A stretch of 64,000 bases of DNA, taken from Polyangiaceae bacterium (GTDB taxonomy: Bacteria; Myxococcota_A; Polyangia; Polyangiales; Polyangiaceae). Shown here in pieces: positions 1 through 9,715 of the stretch. The stretch covers positions 576,001-640,000 of the forward strand of contig CBDCTZ010000013.1 of NCBI GenBank assembly GCA_965222375.1. The letters run 5' to 3'. The notes below the pieces were generated by a model. It saw only the letters and a list, made by a program, of their open reading frames with translations, did no database searches and was not told the DNA's origin. Position 1 is the first letter of the stretch, and the number at the start of each line of letters is the position of its first letter. Both the position numbers and the translations under genes were made by a program.

Positions 1-1
1 T

Positions 2-1120
2 CGCAGCATCCATACCGCAACCCTCATCCGCAACAGTGATCTCCAACGCCTCGTCGCGGCGACGCGCGGTGAGCTGCACGCGGGACTCCGAGCTCGAAGC
101 ATCCAAGGCGTTCTGCAGCAGCGCCCGCACTGCTGTCACGACTGCAGCGCGTGGCAGCGCCAAAGGCGCATCGCTTTCAGCGGATGGGTCCTGTTCGATC
201 TCGAGGCGCTCCCGACCGGGAAAGTCCTCCAGGATGCTCCCAAGGACATCGGACAAGGATTGATGAGTCGCAGCCTCTCCTCGCACGCTGGCGCTGAGGC
301 GATCGAGGATCTCACGACAGCGACCGACCTCTTGCCGAATCAGTAGGGCTTCTTCCTCCAGCTTGGAATCCTCTGCCTTCAAGCGCCGTCCCAGTTCTTT
401 GCTGACGACGGCGATGGTGCCTAAGGGAGTTGCAAGCTCGTGAGCAGCGCCGGCGGCCAGAGTCGTCAGAGACGCCATGCGTGCGTTGCGCTCGCTGCTG
501 CTGCGCATCTTCGCCAGCTGGGCATCCCGCTGTCGCAGAGCGGCACTCAGTCGACCCACGAAGCCAACGATGAACACCGCGGCAACCCCCAGGCCGATCC
601 ACATACCCTGAAGATGCAAGGAATAGGCACCTCCATGCCCGCCGTGGGCCATATGGTGCGCGTGCTCGCTGTGGGGCGCGTCAGGCTGGAGCCAGAACAA
701 CGCCGCAGAACAGAGCAGCGTCAGTGCCACGAGTAGCCAAATCCGCAAGCCGGCCAGGGTGTAAGCGCCCAGGGCGATGGGCACCAGGTACAGAAAACCA
801 AAGGGGTTCTCTGGCCCACCCGTGAAGTGCAACACCACGCTGAACAGCACGATGTCCATGGCAACCAGCAGCGTGCCCAACCATTCTGTCGGCGCATTCT
901 GACGCTTTTGCCAAGCGGCAGCGAGCAGATTGCTGATCACCGTGCCGAGCACGACCGCAACTACAGGCCCGACTTCCACGTCTTGGCCGAGCAAGCGAAC
1001 CGCGACGAGCGTCGCTCCCACCTGCACCAAGATCCAACCCCAACGCAAGCGGAGCAAGGACAGCAGCTGGATGCGACTGGGCTCCAGAACCCCCGACTCG
1101 ACCGCGGCAGAGGAGTTCAC
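2..1120 (-). CDS. regB: RegB/PrrB/ActS-family membrane sensor histidine kinase, runs off the window start (missing from the ORF track)
   Basis: Manual translation from GTG at 1120, which overlaps the upstream TGA. Shows TM helices, the GGPENPF motif, H-box LAAGAAHELATPLG, the RCREIL cysteine, N-box LLQNALDAS and G1 box VADEGCGM. Confidence 0.85.
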   Translation of the reverse strand, partial: MNSSAAVESGVLEPSRIQLLSLLRLRWGWILVQVGATLVAVRLLGQDVEVGPVVAVVLGTVISNLLAAAWQKRQNAPTEWLGTLLVAMDIVLFSVVLHFTGGPENPFGFLYLVPIALGAYTLAGLRIWLLVALTLLCSAALFWLQPDAPHSEHAHHMAHGGHGGAYSLHLQGMWIGLGVAAVFIVGFVGRLSAALRQRDAQLAKMRSSSERNARMASLTTLAAGAAHELATPLGTIAVVSKELGRRLKAEDSKLEEEALLIRQEVGRCREILDRLSASVRGEAATHQSLSDVLGSILEDFPGRERLEIEQDPSAESDAPLALPRAAVVTAVRALLQNALDASSSESRVQLTARRRDEALEITVADEGCGMDAA

Positions 1121-2208
1121 GGCAGCGGATGGGCCTGAAAGAAGTCGAGCATGGTGGCGGTAGCGCCGATGTCTTTGCTGGTCTTGCCAGCGGGAATGGC
1201 TAGCCCACCGGGCCAGGTGTGACCGCCTCCGTCAATGCTGCACAGCACGGCGCTGGCACTATCGTCACAATCTGGCCACTCGATACAGGTGGCATCGCCC
1301 TTCTTGTAGATCTGCTTTTCGAAAGCGCTGCAGCCGTTGAAGTTGCGCCAGTGGTCCATGGTCTCGGACACAGGCTTGAACACCAGTCCCAGCCCCAACT
1401 GCGGGATGATCGGCGTACCTCCTTGGTAGGGCACGATCGGGTCCGCAGTGCCGTGGAAATGCAACACCGGCACCTTGCGCTTAGGAGCGCAGTTGTCGAT
1501 GCCCAAGACCCCCGCGACCGGCGCGATGGCCGCGATTCGGTCACTCATTTCGCAGGCCAGGCGATGGGAAAAGAAGCCCCCATTGCTCATGCCCGTGGCG
1601 AAGATGCGGCGTTTGTCGATGCAGTATTCCGCCTCGATCTTGTCGAGCAGCGCTCGGGTGAAAGCGACGTCATCCACGCTGTCCGTCCAGGCGGTGCCGC
1701 AACAGTCGCCGGCGTTCCAGCTCAGCGCAACTCCTTCGGGGTAAGCCACGATGAAGCCTCGTTTGTCGCTCTCGGCACTCATGCGTGACAAGAGGGATTG
1801 CTGCCAACCCGCCGAAGTGAAGCCGTGGAAGTTCAGCACCAACATCACACCCTGCGTAGGATCGTAGATCTGTGGAACGTGAAGGATTGATGTGCGAGTC
1901 AAGCCGCCGCTCTTCACGCTCACAGTCGGGCTCCCCTTCTTTCCCGTCTTGCCGGTGCAGGTCACGGCTGCGGGTCCGGCATCGCCACCCGCGTCGAAGC
2001 CGGGGCTTGGGCCCGGCCCCGCATCGGGATCTGGATCCGCATCCGGCCAAGCGAAGACGTCGAGGGACGCGTCCCTGGGCACCTGCACGTCGACAGAAGC
2101 GTCCCCGCTCGTGGAAAACCCGGGGGCGCTTTCGTCGGAGCCGCAATGCGCGATCAAGCCAACGGCTGCGACCACCGGCGCCACCCTCCACAGCCCGCGG
2201 AATGCCAT
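1117..2208 (-). CDS. LpqC / PHB-depolymerase-family esterase lipoprotein
   Basis: LNFHG, AYPEG, WNAGDCC, TGMSNGG nucleophile, FHGTAD and GGGHTWPG motifs; signal peptide and Cys. Start placed at ATG 2208. Confidence 0.85.
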   Translation of the reverse strand: MAFRGLWRVAPVVAAVGLIAHCGSDESAPGFSTSGDASVDVQVPRDASLDVFAWPDADPDPDAGPGPSPGFDAGGDAGPAAVTCTGKTGKKGSPTVSVKSGGLTRTSILHVPQIYDPTQGVMLVLNFHGFTSAGWQQSLLSRMSAESDKRGFIVAYPEGVALSWNAGDCCGTAWTDSVDDVAFTRALLDKIEAEYCIDKRRIFATGMSNGGFFSHRLACEMSDRIAAIAPVAGVLGIDNCAPKRKVPVLHFHGTADPIVPYQGGTPIIPQLGLGLVFKPVSETMDHWRNFNGCSAFEKQIYKKGDATCIEWPDCDDSASAVLCSIDGGGHTWPGGLAIPAGKTSKDIGATATMLDFFQAHPLP

Positions 2209-2272
2209 GGGTCGGCACCATAGCGCCCTGCGCGCTTCAGGGCTCGCATTGCCGACTCCGCTGCGCATAGCG

Positions 2273-2302
2273 GCGCGAGTTAGTCGATCGACTAACTCGC
2301 GC
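2273..2302. promoter_or_regulatory. Perfect 30-bp palindrome, putative TetR operator (copy 1)
   Basis: GCGCGAGTTAGTCGATCGACTAACTCGCGC is its own reverse complement and lies between divergent genes. Confidence 0.75.
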
Positions 2303-2584
2303 AACCTCTCCGCTGCGTCGACGGCGGTGGCAATCTCCGGCGCATCTCCCGGAACCTTCTTCGGGTGCTCAAGAACTGATCACATTCCGTTCAACTCGGA
2401 TGCCAACGAAAAGCCGCGGCAAGTGTCTTCCATGAAAGAGCCACGGACTCGCCGGTTTCGCGCTCGACATGCAGCGAGCCCATGCGGGCGCCGGTCGCTT
2501 GAGCTTGAGCTGCGTCTGAATTCTTCGCCCAAGCCCCGAGACCGTAAGGACGCCCCCCGCGCCACGCGGTACTATCGGGATGTA

Positions 2585-3697
2585 ATGCGGACAACTCAAA
2601 TCAGTCTGACCTTTGGCGCTCTGTTGAGCATGGTTATCGCGTGCGGAAGCTCGAGCGAGAGCAACAATGGCAGCGGCGGAACGAGCACGGGGGGAGCGGA
2701 CTCGGGAGTTGGCGGCACCTCGGGCAGCTCCGGCTCGGCGGGAACCTCCGGCTCGGCAGGCAGCTCTGGCTCGGCGGGAACCTCCGGCTCGGCAGGCAGC
2801 TCTGGCTCAGCAGGCAGCTCCGGTGCGGCCGGCGCAGCCGGTGCCGGCGCCTGCGACACCACGAAGAATGTGTGCACACCGGATCCCGGCCAGGGCTGGA
2901 CGGGTCCCGTGGCCTTCTTCCGTGGGGCATCGGCAGCACCCACGTGCCCGACCTCATACGCGTCCAAGGATTCAGACGGACACATCGGGCTGAGCACCAA
3001 GCCCAGCAGCTGCAGTTGCGCCTGTGATCCCGCATCGGGAATTCAATGCACCAACGTCGCCGCCGTATACGACGTCGCAGACGGAACCTTCGGCTGCATT
3101 GGCAGTCCAACCAACCCGATCTGGTCCGGCACCAGCGCGATGTGCCCGAAGAGCACCGCCACGGGCAGCGGCTACTTGCGCCTGATCACGCCGAAGCCCA
3201 GCTCGGCTGGAACCTGCGCGCCCAAGGCCACGCACGACCTGCCACCGGAAACATGGGCTGAAGCGACTCGCATCTGCTCGGGCGGCGCTCCTGCAACTGG
3301 AAGCTGCGCGGCAGGTCAAACGTGCATGCCAAAGGCGGCCGCACCGTACAAGCTCTGTGTCTACCGAGACGGCAATCACAGCTGCCCAATTGGCTATGAT
3401 GATCATACGCTGACCTATGATGGAGTGAACGATACCCGTAAGTGCACCACCTGCAGCTGCGGCTCGGCAACCTCGACCTGCGGCGGCTCAGTGCAGTTCG
3501 TTTCGGACTGCAGCGGCGGGCCGACGGTCATGACACTGGGCGTCGTCACGGGTTGCCATCCCGTTAGCCAGGCGATCCTGTCCGGCACCCTCGGCAAATA
3601 CAAGCCGGAGCCCAAAGGCAGCTGTCCCGCGTCCACTTCGACCCTGTCCGGCAACGTCGCCGCGACAGGCGAGCGGACCGTGTGTTGCTTGCCTTGA
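2585..3697 (+). CDS. Cys-rich myxobacterial lipoprotein with Gly/Ser linker
   Basis: Lipobox VIAC, G/S repeats and many Cys. ATG 2585 preferred over the long ORF-track start. Confidence 0.75.
   Translation: MRTTQISLTFGALLSMVIACGSSSESNNGSGGTSTGGADSGVGGTSGSSGSAGTSGSAGSSGSAGTSGSAGSSGSAGSSGAAGAAGAGACDTTKNVCTPDPGQGWTGPVAFFRGASAAPTCPTSYASKDSDGHIGLSTKPSSCSCACDPASGIQCTNVAAVYDVADGTFGCIGSPTNPIWSGTSAMCPKSTATGSGYLRLITPKPSSAGTCAPKATHDLPPETWAEATRICSGGAPATGSCAAGQTCMPKAAAPYKLCVYRDGNHSCPIGYDDHTLTYDGVNDTRKCTTCSCGSATSTCGGSVQFVSDCSGGPTVMTLGVVTGCHPVSQAILSGTLGKYKPEPKGSCPASTSTLSGNVAATGERTVCCLP
2732..2808 (+). repeat. Intragenic tandem repeat, 36-bp period (GTSGSAGSSGSA linker)
   Basis: ggaacctccggctcggcaggcagctctggctc occurs at 2741 and 2777. 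Confidence 0.85.
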
Positions 3698-3765
3698 AAA
3701 GCCGCGATCAATGCTGCCCAAGCATCGTGCCGAATGCCGCCCGAGGGTTGCAAACGGGCACGCTT

Positions 3766-3785
3766 CGAGTTAGTCGATCGACTAA
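3766..3785. promoter_or_regulatory. Putative TetR operator (copy 2) abutting the tetR start codon
   Basis: CGAGTTAGTCGATCGACTAA is identical over 20 bp to copy 1, and its last A is the A of ATG 3785. Confidence 0.75.
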
Positions 3786-4297
3786 TGTCGGACGCGCGAG
3801 AGCAACTCCTCGAAGCGGCCATTGCCGTGCTCGCCGAACACGGCCCGGCCGATGCCAGTGTCAAACGCATCGCCGAAGCCGCGGACGTCAACCACGGCCT
3901 GGTGCATCACTACTTCGGCTCCAAAGAGCGACTCCTGATCTCCGCACTGGACGCCCTGGACGAGCGATTGAGCGAGCAAGTCGCCACCATCTCGTCGAAG
4001 AACGAGGCGGCAGTGTTCGTCCGCACACGGTTCTTGGAGGATCCCGTCGTGACTAGCGTGCTCGCCGCGCTCATCACCCTGTCTGCGGAGCTCCCGGATC
4101 TGCGAACCGCGCTGCATCTGCGTCTCGAGCGCCGCGCCCGCGCAGTCGCCAATCTATTGAACGTGAGCGTGGAGCAAGCCCACGCCCTGATGGCTGCCAG
4201 CCTTGGCGCCGCCGAATTGTCGCGGGTTCACCCAGAGATTGATCCAACTCGCGTGACTCGCGCCCTGCTGGGTGTCGGAGTACCCAGAGCTCGCTAG
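3785..4297 (+). CDS. TetR/AcrR-family transcriptional regulator
   Basis: HTH LLEAAIAVLAEHG..SVKRIAEAADVNHGLVHHYFGSKE. Confidence 0.92.
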   Translation: MSDAREQLLEAAIAVLAEHGPADASVKRIAEAADVNHGLVHHYFGSKERLLISALDALDERLSEQVATISSKNEAAVFVRTRFLEDPVVTSVLAALITLSAELPDLRTALHLRLERRARAVANLLNVSVEQAHALMAASLGAAELSRVHPEIDPTRVTRALLGVGVPRAR

Positions 4298-4477
4298 GAG
4301 TCGAGCCGCTTCATCCTCGAGCTCTCAACGTTCCGGCGCCACGCGAACTTTCCGTGGCTGAGAGAAAAGCGGGCGCAGCCCGTGACGAACCCAAGCCGAG
4401 CTCGGGGGAAGAGAAGTCGGACAGCCTCAGCGACGACGGGCTAACTCTTGTCGCACCCTGAGGCTATACTCTTCGTC

Positions 4478-6583
4478 ATGGTCAAGCGGATTACGGGGGC
4501 GGCGCTGCTGTGGGTTTCCATCACGCTGGCGGCATTCTTCGGATGCAGCAGCGACGAGGGCGGCAAGACCGTCTCGAACAACGGCGGAAGCGGCAATGCA
4601 GCAGCAGCCGGCGGCGCCGGTGGCGGCAGCGGCGGGTTGATCGACATAGACGCAAACACCCAGCAGCTGACCGTAGAGCCAGCCAGCGTGACCCTCACCG
4701 TCACCGACAAGGCAGTCAGCGTGAACCAACAGTTCACGGCCAAGCTCGGCGGCACGTCGGTTCCTGCTGTGTGGACCCTGGACGACTACAACCTGCTCGC
4801 CATCGACGCCAACGGCTTGGCGACCTCGACGGGCATCGTCGCGGGCAAGGTCAAAGTCACTGCCACCGCTTCCGGCAAGACCGGCACGGCGGACCTGACC
4901 ATCAACGTCGACTTGAAGGAAGATGTCGACGCCAACATCGACCCCGGCAACAAGACGGCCCTGGGCGGGAGCCCGACAGCAGACCCAGGGCCCAACGCGA
5001 GCAAGTTTCTCTACCCCTACCATCAAACGGTGTTGCCCAAGGGAGTGGTGGCGCCCCTGGTGATGTTCAGCCCTGGGTCGATCTCGCCGGAGTCTGCGTC
5101 GCTGAAGCTCAGCGGCGGTGGCTTCTCGTGGCAGGGGCTGTACACCGTATCCGCGCCAGCGACGCCACGGCTCACCATCCCTCAAGACATTTGGGACGCC
5201 GCCATGTCGAGCGCCGCGGGCGGCACCCTCAAGGCCGAGGTCGTCAAAGCCAACGCTGGCGCCGCCTATGGCCCCTACGCGATCGACATCACGGCTGCGC
5301 CAGGCTCGCTCAAGGGCGTCGTCTACTACATGACCTACGAAAACCCGACCGGGCTCTACGCCGCGCGCCCCGGCAACACCCAACCCGCCAAGCAGGTGAA
5401 GAGCGGCTGCGTGGTCTGTCACTCCGTCTCTGCGAACGGGAAGTTTCTGTCCACCGGCGCCGAGGTCAACCAACAGAGCGCCGAAAGCGGCGTGTATGAA
5501 GTCGATCTAGCTGGCAACGCCACCCAGGTCTCCCAGTCCCCGCCGGGCCTCGGCGGAGACTCCCGAGGGCTGAGCTTTGCCGCATGGACCCCCGACGGCA
5601 AATACGTCATGCGCTCCCAAAACGACTTCTGGGGCGGCGTGAACCAGATGGCTTGGAAGGTCGACTCAGCAGGCAAGAAGTTGGATCAAGCCACCGTGGT
5701 CGGGCTAGGTGCCAATGTCAGCGCCTACCTCCCCGCCTTCTCCCACGACGGTAAGTTTCTAGCCTTCACCCAAGGCAATGGTGAGACGGGAGCCCCGGGC
5801 ACGGCCATTCGCTCCATTGATGTCATGGACGTGTCCATCAACGAGAGCAGCGGGCCCTTTGGCACCCTCACCTTCAGCAACCGCCGCGTCGTGCTCGACA
5901 ATGGAGCCACAGGCAAGGTCGCGAAGTACGCCACCTTCCTCCCCGACTCCAACTTGATCGTGCTGCAGGAGAGCCAGGCTTTCGATCCGGCCCATGGCGG
6001 CATGCTCGCGACTCGAAATGCATCAGGGCAATACGGTGCCGCGGATGGACGCCTGAACTTGATCGACATTGCCGCCAAGGGGCACATCGAGCTCAAGCGC
6101 GCCAACGTGGGCAATGTGCCCACGGACGAAGACAAGAACTTCGAGCCCTTCGCCCTACCCATACCCGCGGGCGGCTACTACTGGGTCGTGTTCACCAGCA
6201 TTCGCGAATACGGCAACGTGCATCAGGGGTCCGCGACGCGCAAACAACTCTGGGTCGCGGCGATCACGCCCGGCAAGACCACCACGGACCCGAGTCACCC
6301 CGCGTTCTATCTGCCCAATCAAACGGATACCAAGAACGAGCGCGGCTTTTGGGCCCTCGACCCCTGCAAACCCAAGGGCGATAGCTGCGTCAACGGCGAC
6401 GAATGCTGCGACGGCTTCTGCCGCCCAAGCGACTCTACGGATCCATCCTCTCCAAAGATCTGTGGCGAACCCGAGGGCTGCGCCCAGATCTCCGAGAAGT
6501 GCACCACCAACGCCGACTGCTGCTCTGCCTCTACCGGCATCACCTGTCTCGGGGGCTTCTGCTCGCCCCAACCACCCAGCTGA
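4478..6583 (+). CDS. TolB-like beta-propeller lipoprotein with Ig-like N-terminal part and Cys-rich tail
   Basis: Lipobox FFGC; WTPDG and PAFSHDG repeats; YYWVVFTSIR; KQLWVAAI; C-terminal Cys repeats. Confidence 0.75.
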   Translation: MVKRITGAALLWVSITLAAFFGCSSDEGGKTVSNNGGSGNAAAAGGAGGGSGGLIDIDANTQQLTVEPASVTLTVTDKAVSVNQQFTAKLGGTSVPAVWTLDDYNLLAIDANGLATSTGIVAGKVKVTATASGKTGTADLTINVDLKEDVDANIDPGNKTALGGSPTADPGPNASKFLYPYHQTVLPKGVVAPLVMFSPGSISPESASLKLSGGGFSWQGLYTVSAPATPRLTIPQDIWDAAMSSAAGGTLKAEVVKANAGAAYGPYAIDITAAPGSLKGVVYYMTYENPTGLYAARPGNTQPAKQVKSGCVVCHSVSANGKFLSTGAEVNQQSAESGVYEVDLAGNATQVSQSPPGLGGDSRGLSFAAWTPDGKYVMRSQNDFWGGVNQMAWKVDSAGKKLDQATVVGLGANVSAYLPAFSHDGKFLAFTQGNGETGAPGTAIRSIDVMDVSINESSGPFGTLTFSNRRVVLDNGATGKVAKYATFLPDSNLIVLQESQAFDPAHGGMLATRNASGQYGAADGRLNLIDIAAKGHIELKRANVGNVPTDEDKNFEPFALPIPAGGYYWVVFTSIREYGNVHQGSATRKQLWVAAITPGKTTTDPSHPAFYLPNQTDTKNERGFWALDPCKPKGDSCVNGDECCDGFCRPSDSTDPSSPKICGEPEGCAQISEKCTTNADCCSASTGITCLGGFCSPQPPS

Positions 6584-6661
6584 GTTGCGTTCGCGCGACT
6601 AGCGGTACAAGCAAGCGCATCCGGCGGCGCCGCGCGCAACTCCGGCCCGTCTTGCCGCGAT

Positions 6662-7270
6662 TCAGTTCGGGTCGAAGACTTCGTTGACGCAACCGGCAAG
6701 CCCCTGAGCGCAACCTGCTTGTACGCAAGTCATCACCTCCGCCTTGCCTGCATCGCTCAGACCATCGAACAGAGCGCGGCAGGCCAATGTGTCATCTCCG
6801 CAGTTGGTCTTGACGAGCTGACACGACGCATCCGTCGATGGGTCCACGCAAGCGCTGCTCAAAGTCGACACAATGCACGCCGTGTTGACGGCGAGGCACT
6901 CGGCTACGGTCCCGCCGCATTGCGTCGCGCACGCGTTCGCCTGGCAGCTGCGGGAGTCGTAGGCCATCTTCGGCTTCAATAGGGGCAACGCGTGGGTGCA
7001 GAACGGACCGCAAATGGGACCCAGGTTCGAACACGTGCCGGCGGGGTGGTTGGGCAAATCGGCCACTGTGTCGTCGCAGCCCGCGTCTGCCGTGCCGCCG
7101 GTTCCGGCGGTGCCACCCCCTGCATCGGCTGTTGTGCCACCTGTTCCACCTCCCCCGGACCCCGAACTCGCGCCAGTACCTGCGCCTCCCCCAGTATTGC
7201 TCCCATCGGAAGTACTCGAACCACAGCCGACTAGCACCACGGACAGGAACAGCAATTTCCACCTTCGCAT
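6662..7270 (-). CDS. Cys-rich hypothetical lipoprotein
   Basis: MRRWKLLFLSVVLVGC lipobox, Gly linker and Cys-rich domain. Confidence 0.7.
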   Translation of the reverse strand: MRRWKLLFLSVVLVGCGSSTSDGSNTGGGAGTGASSGSGGGGTGGTTADAGGGTAGTGGTADAGCDDTVADLPNHPAGTCSNLGPICGPFCTHALPLLKPKMAYDSRSCQANACATQCGGTVAECLAVNTACIVSTLSSACVDPSTDASCQLVKTNCGDDTLACRALFDGLSDAGKAEVMTCVQAGCAQGLAGCVNEVFDPN

Positions 7271-7361
7271 GGTCGAGACTCTGTCACGGCGTGTGGCATC
7301 GCGCACTTCTCCATTTCAGGCGCGTGCTGACGGCAGCGCGCGCCGCTGCTGCACTTTCGCC

Positions 7362-9674
7362 ATGTTGCGTCGCATTCTTGCTTTCTCTCTGGTGGGCTGT
7401 ACGTTCTTCATCGCCTGGGCCTGCGGTGGTGAAGAGGGGGGCGTCGCGGGTACCGGCGGCATCGTGGACGTTGGCGGCGCAAGTGGCAGCGCTGGCGCCG
7501 CAGCGGGTGGCGGCGTCATCAACACGGACGGCAGCACCGGCTGCCCCGGCGGTTGCGACGGAGGCGTTTGCTTGAATGGGAGTTGCTGCGCCTCAGAAAA
7601 CGTGTGCGATACGGCTTGCTGCGCCTCAGGAGATGTCTGCTCCTTCGGCAAGTGCGAGACGCCAGGCAAGAAGTGCATCGACGCAACCGAGTGCGCACCC
7701 GGCGAGATCTGCGACTACTCCCTGGGCGAGGATCCAGGGGATGGCAGCACTCCGGACGCGGGCGCAGATGCCGGCAGCTGCCAAGGCGGCGCAACCCTAC
7801 GCACAGGCAAGTGCCTGCCCAAGCCGCCGGAGTGTCCTGCAGGGGTCACGCCCAAGCCGGGTGAGCCCATCACTTGCTTGCCGGTCTGTGAGCACAAGCC
7901 CCAGATTGGGAAGTTCGAACCAGTCCTCAAAGCGCACTGAAAGGGCGGCAACATCATGATGGCGTCCATCGTGATTCAGCTCGATGATGACAATTGCGAC
8001 AACATCATCGACGACCGCGACATCCCCGAGATCGTGTTTGCGACCTTCCTCTCCAGCAAATACAACGAGAACGGCACCTTGTGGGCGGTCTCCCTCATCG
8101 ACGGCAAGCTGGTCGAGAAATGGAACGTCAATCCAAAGACGGACGGCATTCAGCCCGGGCGCTCCATCGCCGGCGGCAACATCGACGGTCTGCCCGGCAA
8201 CGAGGTCGTCACCTGCACCCAGACCGGCAAGGTCCGCGCCCTCAAGGGGGACGGCAACCCGCTATGGACCAGCGGCGCCGGCGGCTGCTTCATGCCGAGC
8301 ATCGGAGACCTGGACGGCGACGGTGCCCCGGAAGTCGTGGTCGAATCGCGGGTGCTCGACGGCAAGACCGGTGCGACCAAGGCCACGCTCACGCCGGCAA
8401 ACTCCGCCAACATCGTGCTGAGCGACATGACCGGGGATGGCAAGCTAGACATCGTCACGCCGACCCGCCTGTACAAGGCCGACGGCACGTTGATCGCGGA
8501 CACGGGCCTCGACGGCCGCTACCACGCCATCGGCGACTTCGACAAAGACGGCAAGGCCGAAGTCGCCAGCATCGACAAGGCCAAGCACTTGCTGAGCGTG
8601 TGGCACTACGACGCCGCCGCGAGCGGCAAGTTCAAAGTGATTCGCACGGGCATCGACATCAACGGCACCAATCCAAACATCTGCCCGCCCGGCTCGAGCG
8701 GCTCCACCACCGGTGGTGGTCCGCCCACCGTGGGCGACTTCAACGGCGACGGCACCCCAGACGTCGCGGTCGCCGGCGGCATTGGCTACACAGTGATCGA
8801 CGGCACAAAGATCCTCAACCCCGCGGTACCCGCGAACCAAACCAACCTGTGGCTGAAGAACACCAAGGACTGCTCGAGTGCGGCCACGGGCTCGAGCATT
8901 TTCGACTTCGAAGGCGATGGTCTCGCTGAAGCGGTGTACTCCGACGAACACTACTTCCGGATCTACAGAGGCACCGACGGCCAGGAGCTGTGGAAGACCT
9001 GCAACACAACCGGCACGCTTTTCGAATATCCCCTCGTGGCAGACGTGGACGCCGATGGTCAGGCCGACATCGTGGTCATCAGCAACGACTACTCGAGCAT
9101 CACCTGCGAGGGCATCAAGACCCGCGGCCTGCGAATTTGGGGTGACGACAAAGGCAACTGGGTGCGCACGCGCCGGATCTGGAACCAGCACGCCTACCAC
9201 GTGACCAACGTGAACGATGACGGCTCCATCCCAGCCAACGAAGCCAAGAACTGGACCCAGCCCCGCCTCAACAACTTCCGCCAGAACGTGCAGCCGGTCG
9301 GCGAGTTCTCGGCGCCAGATTTGATAGTGAGTCTAGTGCCCCGTTGCGTCAGCGGCTTCCAACTCGTCGCCACCGTGCGCAACATCGGCCAGGCCAGCGT
9401 GCCTGCGGGCGTCGTAGTCGGTTTCTACGAAAACGATCCGGCCAGCGGCGGAACCCTGCTGGGCACAGGCACTACGAACAAGACGCTCTATCCTGCGGAG
9501 GCCGAAGACGTCGTTCTCTCCCTCGCCTCGCCCGCACCGAACGTCACCGACGGAACCAGCCTGCTGTACGCAGTGGTCGACGATGGCAACCCACCCCACG
9601 CCTGGGTCGAATGCCGCCAGGACAACAACACGAGTGAAGGCACCAGCGGCGTGTGCAGCGGCGTGCCGCGTTGA
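7362..9674 (+). pseudogene. Cys-rich + FG-GAP propeller + CARDB-like lipoprotein interrupted by one in-frame TGA (7938-7940)
   Basis: ORFs 7362-7940 and 7956-9674 share a frame with no other stop. FG-GAP repeats GDLDGDGAPEVV, DFDKDG and GDFNGDG; C-terminal VRNIG...EC..DNN. Could be a nonsense mutation, sequencing error or readthrough. Confidence 0.7.
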
Positions 9675-9715
9675 CCCCCTCGACAGGGGCGCCCGAGGTG
9701 TCAGACTTTGCGCCC

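Noticed and set aside
1892..2584. Long N-terminal extensions in the ORF track (also 6996, 11897, 21034-22158, 61749)
   Set aside because: They overlap real genes; signal peptides and lipoboxes indicate the downstream starts.
4359..4398. Additional copy of the bipartite element
   Set aside because: Both boxes are degenerate and the spacing is 16; it cannot be distinguished from chance.
7938..7940. Genome-wide TGA=Trp recoding
   Set aside because: Many genes end at TGA, including ATGA/GTGA-coupled pairs, and TGG is used for Trp. Only one in-frame case was seen.
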